From positions 448,001-512,000 of the forward strand of contig OZ252251.1 in assembly GCA_965249725.1 (NCBI GenBank): 64,000 nt of DNA, read 5' to 3'. The translations under genes and the position numbers were made by a program. Source of the stretch: Longimicrobiales bacterium (GTDB lineage Bacteria; Gemmatimonadota; Gemmatimonadetes; Longimicrobiales; Gaopeijiaceae). Below are positions 38,942 through 47,056 of the stretch, piece after piece; within the stretch, counting starts at the first letter, position 1, and every line of letters starts with the position of its first letter. The notes beneath the pieces are model-generated. The model was not told the origin of the DNA. It was given only the letters and a program-made list of their open reading frames with translations, and did not search any database.

Positions 38942-40213
38942 CTATCCGTCGTGGGCCGCGAGCACCACGCACGAGTTGAGTCCGGCGAATCCACGTGTGA
39001 CAACCACAGCCGCGCGGCCCCGGGGAGACCGCGCTCCGCGCGAGACGTCGGCCGCCCGACAGTCGTAGGCCTTGTCTTGTAGGGTCGGGATTCCCGGGAC
39101 CACGCCGTCGCGAAGTGACAGCAACGAGAGGATGCTCTCGATGACCCCGCTGGCCGCGATGGTGTGCCCCAACGACCACTTGAACCCCGTAGCCGGTGCC
39201 GTATCGGTCCCGAAGACACCTCCGAGGGCCTTGGCTTCACTGGCGTCGGAAGCGGGGGTGCCGTTCCCGTGGGTCGTCACCATGCCGATCGCCTCCGCGT
39301 CGATTTCGGCGTCGCCGAGGGCGCTCCGAATCGCGCTGGTAAGGCCGTCTCCGTCCTCACGAATCCCGAGGACGCCCAGAGCGTCAGAGCTGATCCCACT
39401 GCCTAGGATCTCACCGTGGACGACGGCCCCACGCGCCCGCGCCCCTTCCAGGGTTTCGAGGATGAGAGCACCGGCCCCTTCTCCTAGGACGGTGCCGTCG
39501 TGGGCCGTATCGAACGGCCGGAGGCCGGTCCGGCTCAATAGCCCAGAGGAGCCGTAGTAGGTCACGGCCTCGGGCTCGGCGGGACAGTCGAACGCTACGA
39601 CCACGGCCCGGGCGATGGACCCTTCGCGCAGATGGTAGTGCGCCTCCGCTATGGCCTGAGAGCCGCCCACGCCGTGACCCGTGAAGTTGTGATTGGCACC
39701 CTTGAATCCGTAGTGGATCCCCGTGTAGGCCAGGACGTTGTTGGGCAGCGTACGGAGGAGCCAGAGCGGGTGGACCCGGTCCATGGCGTCGGAGGCGAAC
39801 CGTGCGATGTCGTCGTCTCCCACCGACAGCGACGGCAGGAAGTCGTAACGCTGCAGGTACTCGCTCGCCGGGGCCCCTACGAACACGCCTGTCCGATCAT
39901 TGAAGGTGGCTGCGTCGGAGACGGTGTCCCGATGGGTCAGCAGCGCGCTGTGCTCCAACGCTTGAGAAACCGCGTTGAGACCCAGCACATCGGGGCGGGT
40001 GATCACCTTGAGTAGCTTGCGATCGGGCACAAGCTGGCGGGGATCGTACCTCGCTATCTCGGCGGCCAGGGGATAGAGCCAGTCCTCGGTGGCAGGGTCG
40101 GCCATTCGGCCGATCGCGGATCGGCCGCTCGTCACCGCGCTCCATGTGCTCTCAGCGTCCATACCGGCTGCCGTCAAGCACCCGAAGCCGGTCACGACCA
40201 CGCGCCTATCCAC
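38942..40213 (-). CDS. FabF-like ketosynthase homologue lacking the catalytic Cys
   Basis: RVVVTG, RPFD...GTVLGEGA, THGNGT and SLGHT retained; GHGVGG where TACASG is expected. Confidence 0.82.
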   Translation of the reverse strand: MDRRVVVTGFGCLTAAGMDAESTWSAVTSGRSAIGRMADPATEDWLYPLAAEIARYDPRQLVPDRKLLKVITRPDVLGLNAVSQALEHSALLTHRDTVSDAATFNDRTGVFVGAPASEYLQRYDFLPSLSVGDDDIARFASDAMDRVHPLWLLRTLPNNVLAYTGIHYGFKGANHNFTGHGVGGSQAIAEAHYHLREGSIARAVVVAFDCPAEPEAVTYYGSSGLLSRTGLRPFDTAHDGTVLGEGAGALILETLEGARARGAVVHGEILGSGISSDALGVLGIREDGDGLTSAIRSALGDAEIDAEAIGMVTTHGNGTPASDASEAKALGGVFGTDTAPATGFKWSLGHTIAASGVIESILSLLSLRDGVVPGIPTLQDKAYDCRAADVSRGARSPRGRAAVVVTRGFAGLNSCVVLAAHDG

Positions 40214-41501
40214 CTGCCGTGCTCCTGAACACCAGGCAGCTGTTGGTGCCCCCGAATCCGAAGGAGTTCGATAGGGCCACGTCGACTCGGGTTTGGCGCG
40301 GAGCGTCCGTGACGTAGTCCAGATCGCACTCCGGGTCGGGATTGTCCCTGTTCCGGGTCATGGGGATGACGGAATCCCGGATCGCCAGCACACAGAGTGC
40401 CCCCTCCACGGCGCCCGCCGCCGCGATCAAATGACCGATCTGGCTCTTCGTCGAGCTCACGGGCAGGCCATCGGCCCGGCTCCCGAAGACGGCCTTGATG
40501 GCGTTCGTCTCCGTGAGGTCGTTCATCTGTGTGGACGTGCCATGAGCGTTCACATAGTCGACGCGATCCGGCGACTCCCCCGCGTCTAGCAGCGCGGCAC
40601 GCATGGCCTGGATCGGCCCGTCTCCGCTGGGATGAGAATCCGTGATCCGATAGGCGCTCAGCGACGATCCCTCGCCGGCGAGCTCCGCGTAGATACGGGC
40701 GTCACGCGCTCGCGCATGCTCCCACTCTTCCAGGACGAGGAAGGCGGCGCCTTCCCCCAGGACGAACCCATTCCGGGTACGGTCGAAGGGGCGACTGGCC
40801 CTTTCCGGCTCGTCGTTGTCGTTCGAGACCGCACCGAGAAGGCAGAAGCCCGCGAGCCCGAGAGGGTTGATCATCGAGTCGTACCCGCCCGCCAACACGC
40901 AGTCGGCGGTCCCCCTGCGAATCGCCCGGGCCCCTAATCCCAGCGCCTGGCCGCCCGAGGCACACGCCGTGTGCACGTTGTTCGAGTATCCTCGGATCTC
41001 GAACCTCTTCTGCAAGAGACCCAAAACGCAGACCGACTGATGCCGCGCGAACTCCACGGGAGAGATCAGGCGGTCGCCTTCGGTGCCGAGGCGGTGGAGG
41101 TCGAGCGTGCCGTCCGGGGCGAACTCCTTCTGAAGGCGGTCCAGCGATCCAAAGCTCGTGGTCATCATGCCGCTGCCGCCCACCACCCCCCAGCGGTCCG
41201 CCGTCGCCGAGCTGGGGCGGGCACCCGCGTCGGCCATGGCCTCCTCCGCGGCCACAAGGGCGAACGCGGCGAACGACTCGGCGTACCTCAAGAGCTTGCG
41301 ATCCTCCACACGGTGCTCAGGCACCAGCCCTTTCACCTCGGCGGCGATCCGGGTCGGGAAGCCCGACGGGTCGAAGCTCCCGATGCGGGCGACGCCCGAG
41401 GCTCCCTCGAGAATCCGGGCCCAGCTCGAAGGAGCATCGTTCCCGACGGGCGTTACCATCCCCACGCCGGTAATGGCGACCCTACGCGCCGGGATCGTCA
41501 T
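40206..41501 (-). CDS. fabF: Beta-ketoacyl-ACP synthase II
   Basis: TACASG, NAHGTST, KSQIGH, SNSFGFGG. Confidence 0.9.
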   Translation of the reverse strand: MTIPARRVAITGVGMVTPVGNDAPSSWARILEGASGVARIGSFDPSGFPTRIAAEVKGLVPEHRVEDRKLLRYAESFAAFALVAAEEAMADAGARPSSATADRWGVVGGSGMMTTSFGSLDRLQKEFAPDGTLDLHRLGTEGDRLISPVEFARHQSVCVLGLLQKRFEIRGYSNNVHTACASGGQALGLGARAIRRGTADCVLAGGYDSMINPLGLAGFCLLGAVSNDNDEPERASRPFDRTRNGFVLGEGAAFLVLEEWEHARARDARIYAELAGEGSSLSAYRITDSHPSGDGPIQAMRAALLDAGESPDRVDYVNAHGTSTQMNDLTETNAIKAVFGSRADGLPVSSTKSQIGHLIAAAGAVEGALCVLAIRDSVIPMTRNRDNPDPECDLDYVTDAPRQTRVDVALSNSFGFGGTNSCLVFRSTAGG

Positions 41502-42391
41502 CGTTGCGGGGTGGAGAATTCGACTTTGGCCTGGCAGATACGCCGGCCGTCCAGATCGCAACGGACCCGGAATCGTGCGGTGTGATCTCCCCGCTCCAGC
41601 AAGCGTACGGTGACCGTGATCGAATCCGCCGGCTCGATGAACCGGTTGATCTTTGCGTTCCGAACCGTGATGTGACTCAACGTATCCGCGTCGTCCGAAC
41701 CGTCACCCGAGCCCTCATCCAGCAGCCGACGAGCCAGCCGCAGGAGACACTCCATGAGCACCGTCATGGGTACCACGGGCTTCCACGGGAAGTGATCTGC
41801 GAAGAACGACTCCCCTGTGTCGAACCGCTTCTCGGCGACGATATGCTCGCCCGGCGTGTGGGCGAGGATGCGATCGCAGCCGTAGTCGATCGGCCGAGCA
41901 GCGTCGTAGGAGGTGAGCGGTGAGGGGGGTGGGTCACCCGGTTGATGAATGAGACGAAAGTGCTGGCTGAGGTCGCCCGATGCGTCGAACTCCTCAACGG
42001 GGAGAAGGGGGCTGTAGGCCTTCTCGAAGGTGAACACGTCCACCCCTTCGATCCGAGCTGCGCCTCCGTAGACCACGGCTTCGTCGTCGTGATTGGCGAT
42101 GTTCACTTCGAGACGCACCGGATCGTTGGCGCGCACCTGCCCGAGGATGTCCACCCTCTCGATCAGCGCCCCCACCGGGCGTAGCGTGAAGTCGTTCGCG
42201 GCCATGACGGTCCAGGCGGCCAGTTGCCCCACGGCCTCACCCAGGATACAGGGAGGCACCGAGAGCTCGTCGGTGTCGCGGAAGCCCGGGTGTCCCGTCC
42301 CCAGGAAAGCCTCGCAGGTACTCAACCGGGTAAGCCCGACGGCGCGCTCTCCAGGTACGAGCTCCAGAATGCGGTCGACGAAGAGGAACAC
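41498..42391 (-). CDS. Double hot-dog 3-hydroxyacyl-ACP dehydratase (FabA/FabZ-like fusion)
   Basis: FLFVDRI...EAVGQL and DRI...FFADHFPWKPVVP...E repeats. Confidence 0.8.
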   Translation of the reverse strand: MFLFVDRILELVPGERAVGLTRLSTCEAFLGTGHPGFRDTDELSVPPCILGEAVGQLAAWTVMAANDFTLRPVGALIERVDILGQVRANDPVRLEVNIANHDDEAVVYGGAARIEGVDVFTFEKAYSPLLPVEEFDASGDLSQHFRLIHQPGDPPPSPLTSYDAARPIDYGCDRILAHTPGEHIVAEKRFDTGESFFADHFPWKPVVPMTVLMECLLRLARRLLDEGSGDGSDDADTLSHITVRNAKINRFIEPADSITVTVRLLERGDHTARFRVRCDLDGRRICQAKVEFSTPQR

Positions 42392-42400
42392 GCTGAGGCG

Positions 42401-42781
42401 CTAGGACCGAAGCACGACCCGACAGAAGGTTTCCACCGTAAACAAGGTGGGAATCTCGGAGACTCTCAAGCCTGATGTGAAGCGGTCTTCGGGGACCTCC
42501 TCGAGGTACGCCTTGAGATGCTCCAGCCCTTTGTCGGTGAGTCTGCCCTGCTGCTCGAATTCCGGTTCCGATAATTCGCCGCGAGCCTCTCGCTCGATTC
42601 GCCCCCGCGGGATCTTGATATCGAACTCGTGCTCCAACTGAAAGACGAGATCGGCGAGGTCGATCGACTCCGCACCGAGGTCGTGGATGAGGCTGGCGTC
42701 CCGCCGAATCTCGTCCTCTTCGATCGCGAGCACGTCGGCCAGGATCGTACGTATTTTGGGGTAGACGCTACTGATGTCCAC
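42401..42781 (-). CDS. Extended acyl carrier protein (126 aa)
   Basis: DLGAESIDLADLVFQLE phosphopantetheine site plus ~45-aa insertion before LFTVETF. Confidence 0.85.
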   Translation of the reverse strand: MDISSVYPKIRTILADVLAIEEDEIRRDASLIHDLGAESIDLADLVFQLEHEFDIKIPRGRIEREARGELSEPEFEQQGRLTDKGLEHLKAYLEEVPEDRFTSGLRVSEIPTLFTVETFCRVVLRS

Positions 42782-42939
42782 GTGGCTCCTATGGCAACAG
42801 GGCCGGCCTCCTCAGGCCGACCCGGGGCATCGCTGAATCCGTCATCCACTTCGATGAGCGGTTCATAACGTAGTCTGCACAGCCGGGTGTGGGGAAGCAA
42901 TCAGGGACAGACGTCCCGGCCCAGATCGAGCAACCCCAG

Positions 42940-43695
42940 TCAGCCGAGGATCGAGAAACCCGAGTCGACGACGATCGTCTGTCCGCGGATGGGGGCGGCC
43001 TCGGGGAGGCAGAGAAGGTACACGGCGTCGGCAACGTCTTCCGGAGACAACGTCTGGCCGGTCAGGGATCGTTTGGCGAATCCCGCGAGTATCGCCTCCC
43101 GGTTCGGGAAGTTCTTGAGGGCGTCGGTGTCCACTGCTCCCGCGGAGATCGTGTTGACCGAGATGCCCAGCGGCGCCAACTCGAGACTCAAGGACCGGAC
43201 GAGCGCCTCAAGTGCGGCCTTAGACGCGCCGATAAAGGCGTAGTTGGCGATCGCCCGATGGGCGCCGAGGCTCGACAAGGCCAAGACTCGCGACCCCGGC
43301 TCCATCAACTCCTTGGCGTGCTTCACGAGATGGTTGAGGGCGAGTGCGTTGGTCTCCATGCACCACCGCCAGTGCTTCGTCGTCATCTCGGTGGCGGGCT
43401 TCAGCACGCCGCTCGCTGCGTTGCTGACCAGAATGTCCAGACGGCCGAATTCGGTGCCAACCGCACCCAGTAGGTCTTGGACCGACGCCTCGTCGCTCAC
43501 GTCGGCTTGGTATGTGAACGCTCGCAGACCGAGAGCCTCGATCTCCTCCCGCAGCTCGGCGGCGCGATCGGAGCTGTTGTAGTAGTTGATACCGACGTGG
43601 CATCCCGCCCGCGCGAGCCGCATGCAGGTCGCGCGCCCGATCCCTCTTGCCCCCCCAGTGACCAGGGCAAACTGTCCGTCCAGTGGTTGGCTCAT
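42940..43695 (-). CDS. fabL: Enoyl-ACP reductase, FabL-like SDR
   Basis: TGGARGIG, NAASG and Y-x6-K (YAFIGASK) motif. Confidence 0.75.
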   Translation of the reverse strand: MSQPLDGQFALVTGGARGIGRATCMRLARAGCHVGINYYNSSDRAAELREEIEALGLRAFTYQADVSDEASVQDLLGAVGTEFGRLDILVSNAASGVLKPATEMTTKHWRWCMETNALALNHLVKHAKELMEPGSRVLALSSLGAHRAIANYAFIGASKAALEALVRSLSLELAPLGISVNTISAGAVDTDALKNFPNREAILAGFAKRSLTGQTLSPEDVADAVYLLCLPEAAPIRGQTIVVDSGFSILG

Positions 43696-43814
43696 GGCTC
43701 CAAGTATAGTGGCTCCTTGTCAGGCCGGAAGCGTCGGGGCACCGCCGGCTCATCGCCACCTCGACCCTACTCTGCTATTCTCTTCGCCGTGCATCGACTC
43801 GACCAAGCTACGCC

Positions 43815-44222
43815 GTGATTCTACGCGTCTTCATCATACAAATCCTGTTATTCGGTGCCGGAGCCGCGCTGCAACTCCGTACCGGTTTACTATCGGTCCG
43901 TGGGGTGCCGGGGGAGGGTCTCGGATATGCTCAGGTGGGCATCCTTGCGGCGGCGGTCCTGGTGTACTTGCTGTCTCTCCTGTTCATGGGATGGAAGTTC
44001 GATCTGCAGCCTCGTCTGAACGGCTTCCGTTTCAATCGTTCCCAACGTCGGGAGAAGGTTCAGGAGCAACTCGTAGGATTCCCGACTTTCTACGACACCA
44101 CGGAACAAGGCTTCGCGTGGGTTGCCGAGCTAGAGGGGCGGGCATCGCAGATCGTAGAGGAGATCCGGGCCTTCCTCCTCAGAAACCCCACAGAACCCGT
44201 TAAACCGCACAGATACGCCTAA
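43815..44222 (+). pseudogene. Truncated membrane-anchored aspartyl/asparaginyl beta-hydroxylase-like (LpxO-like) gene
   Basis: Two TM segments, then FYD...FAWVAELE...I.EE, which resembles the start of that domain. ORF ends before any HxD...H iron motif, at the phage junction. Confidence 0.45.
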
Positions 44223-44405
44223 TACGCACGGTAGCGGGGGTAGCGGATCGCGTCGTTCCAGGCCCGAAGCGCGCCCGAAGGCCGGTACCTTTGTCAACGG
44301 TTTTCACAACGCCCCATTTTCGCGCAGGTCCGGCCCGGACCCCTTCCGCGAGCTCATAGACCGGATCTTCGACGACGCGGGTGCCTGGTGGCTCAGGGGG
44401 CCCGG

Positions 44406-45518
44406 ATGAGCGTCCGGATTCACGTGGGCGACTGCCTAGAGCGGCTGCGCACCCTCCCGGAAGAGTCCGTCCACTGCGTCGTGACGAGCCCGCCGTACTG
44501 GGGGCTGCGGGACTACGGGGTCGCGGGCGCTATCGGGCTGGAGCCGACGTTGCAGGAACACCTAGAAACGATCGTCACCGTGTTCCGCGAGGTGCGGCGA
44601 GTGCTGCGCAAGGACGGCACGCTCTGGCTGAACTACGGGGACTCGTACTCTAGCGGAGATCGTTCGACGCACAGAGCTGGAGCCTCGGACAATAAGGGTC
44701 GTCTCGTACAAAACGGCTTGGCACGCCCCAAGACACCGTCTGGCCTCAAGCCGAAGGACCTCGTGATGATGCCCGCCCGCGTCGCCTTGGCGCTCCAGGC
44801 GGACGGCTGGTGGCTGAGAAGCGAAATCGTGTGGCACAAACCGAACCCGATGCCGGAGAGCGTGAGGGACCGGCCCACCTCGGCGCACGAGAAGCTGTAC
44901 CTGCTCACGAAGGCCGCCCGGTACTTCTACGACGCGGATGCGGTGCGGGTGACATGCAGCCCGAACACACATGCCCGGCGAAAAGGTCGCGAGAGAGTAC
45001 CGCGCAAGGGTTCTGATACGTATGACCGCCGTGCAGGCACATGGAAGGAAAAGAGAACGGTCGCCGAACAGGCAGAAATAGGCGCGAACCTGCGCAACGC
45101 CTGGACGATCCCGACCCACGCATATCCCGGCGCCCATTTCGCCACGTTCCCACCCAAGCTGGTCGAGCCGTGCACCAAGGCGGGCACGAGCGAGAAGGGG
45201 TGTTGCCCGGAATGCGGGACGACCATTGGCTTAAGAACTCGTGTCGCTCCGGTCAAAGCTGCCAGTGGAGCGACCGGCATGAGCGACCCTTCCCCTGACA
45301 ACGCAGTTCCGTTTCTGGCCCATCTGACGCCGCCGAGCGTGCGGGAGATCCTGGCGACCCAAGACTTCGACCCCGGCGAACTCGTCGAGACGGCGCTGGA
45401 ACTCGTGTCCGGCATCGACGTGCGCCACGGCGGCGACGTCCTGCTTTTGGCGCTTGCCATTGGCTGTCTGTGCCAGGGAATCACCACACTCAAGAATGGG
45501 CAGGCCGTTGATGACTGA
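44406..45518 (+). pseudogene. N4/N6 DNA methyltransferase (beta class) lacking SAM-binding motif I, fused in frame to a small phage ORF (45279-45518)
   Basis: GDC, VTSPPY, WHKPNPMPESV and HFATFP present; no DPFxGxGT in any frame. Internal GGAG + ATG at 45279. Confidence 0.7.
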
Positions 45519-46526
45519 GCGGGGCGACTATCGGGCGATCCATACAGTGCTCCTGGAGAGCCCCGAGTTCGTGGACATGAGCGCGCACGCGCAATTGATC
45601 TGGTTCCACCTGAAGCTGCGCCTTGGGGCCACGGGGATCGACGTCATTCCGGCTGCGGAGGCGGTCCTATCCGAGGCGACGAACCTGCCACCCGAAGACG
45701 TCCGAAACGCTCTCTTCGAGCTTCAAGGCGAATCCCCTTCGGAGGGGATACCCAATCCCATACCGGAGGGGATACCCAATCCCCCTCGAATGGGATGGCT
45801 GATGCGTGAACGCAACGTTTTCTGGCTGCGCAACGCTCTGAAGTTCGAGCCGAGCCGGACGCTCACGAACGACAACCACCGCAAGAATGTAATGAAGCAC
45901 CTTTGCGGCTTGCCTAAACTCAAGGTTGTCAACGACTTCGCGGATTACTACGAGCTCGTCAGGCCTTTCCCGGACCTATCCCCTCCCCCATCCCCTCAGG
46001 TATCCCCTCCCCCATCCCCTCCGAAGGGGATACCCGATCCCCTACCCGATCGGAAGAACGGGAACCGGATACGGAAGAACGGAATACGGAAGAACGGAAT
46101 ACGGAAGAACGGAATACGGAAGAACGGAATACGGAAGAACGGAATACGGAAAAAGAAAAACCCCCCTATCGGGGGGCCAAAAGAAAAGGGCCGTTGCCGG
46201 GTGATTGGGAACCGAACGCCACCCATTCGGAGATCGCCGGGGCGGCGGGCCGGGATCTCGCGTTGGAGGCCGCGCGGTTCCGCGACCATGCGCTGTCGAA
46301 CGGCCGGGTGCAGATCGACTGGGACGCGGCGTTCCGCAATTGGCTACGCAGCGGGTACGGGCGTCCGGTAGGCAACGGCACGGGACCGCCCGACCCGCTC
46401 GACATCGTCAACGACCGGGCGAACCGCGAGCGCTGGTACGAGATCCGCGACGAGCTGGAAGCCAAGGGCGTGGATGCTGAGGCGGCCGCCAAACAAGGCC
46501 TCGAAATGCTGAGGGCCGAGCTGTGA
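45511..46526 (+). CDS. Phage replication initiator (N-terminal DNA-binding region, C-terminal DnaT-like domain), apparent -1 frameshift near 46050
   Basis: MTERGDYRAIH... frame switches to TEERN-repeat linker then LPGDWEPN...FRDH...DWDAAFRNWLR. Confidence 0.7.
45740..46041. repeat. Iteron-like direct and inverted repeats (putative replication origin)
   Basis: CGGAGGGGATACCCAATCCC at 45740 and 45764; TATCCCCTCCCCCATCCCCTC at 45977 and 46001; GAAGGGGATACCCGATCCC at 46023. Confidence 0.7.
46071..46151 (+). repeat. Perfect 15-bp tandem repeat x5.4
   Basis: ACGGAAGAACGGAAT at 46071, 46086, 46101, 46116, 46131 plus partial copy. Confidence 0.95.
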
Positions 46527-47050
46527 GGTGCGTCAAGTTCATCGACGCACAGGCAGCGATCAACCGGCTGCGCTTCGTCTATCCGCTGCCGAGGGACGTG
46601 AGCGCGAACGAAGCCGCCAAGCTATGGGCCGAGGTGCTCGATGATCTGCCGGTGGATGATCTGGAGGCTGCGGTCACGGCCTACCTGCGCGACGGCGGGC
46701 GGTACTTCCCGAAGCCGGCGGAGATCAGGAAGCTGGCGAAGGCGCATCGGGCGAGCCGCAGCAACGGACAGCGGCCCTCGGATCTGCGCTCGCGTTACCT
46801 GCGCTGGGAGAGCGAGGGGGGCAGCGAGGGGCCGTGCCCCGTCTGCGGGGCCGAGCTACGCGATCTCACACCTGCGGAGCGGGGAGTCGAGCCGATCGTC
46901 TGGGACGCGGAGACGGGGCGGATGGTTCGTCGCACCACCCCCGGTCCGGTCCGGTTGGGCGTGCTCCACGACGGTCCGAGACACGACGCAGCGAGCATTC
47001 CCGCTATCGGATACTGGACCGAGGCCCGGACCGGTCGAGTGAATGGATGA
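46523..47050 (+). CDS. Replication accessory protein (helicase loader/inhibitor G39P-like N-terminus)
   Basis: WAEVLDDLP...AAV...YFPKPAEIR pattern; CPVC; GTGA overlap with initiator. Confidence 0.55.
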   Translation: MRCVKFIDAQAAINRLRFVYPLPRDVSANEAAKLWAEVLDDLPVDDLEAAVTAYLRDGGRYFPKPAEIRKLAKAHRASRSNGQRPSDLRSRYLRWESEGGSEGPCPVCGAELRDLTPAERGVEPIVWDAETGRMVRRTTPGPVRLGVLHDGPRHDAASIPAIGYWTEARTGRVNG

Positions 47051-47056
47051 GACGAC

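Noticed and set aside
44289..44315. IS-end-like sequence CTTTGTCAACGG...TTTTCACAACGCC near the junction
   Set aside because: No transposase, matching partner end or target duplication; it lies in an open phage-like frame.
46071..46151. Possible CRISPR array
   Set aside because: Repeats are contiguous 15-mers with no spacers, inside a coding region, and no cas genes are present.
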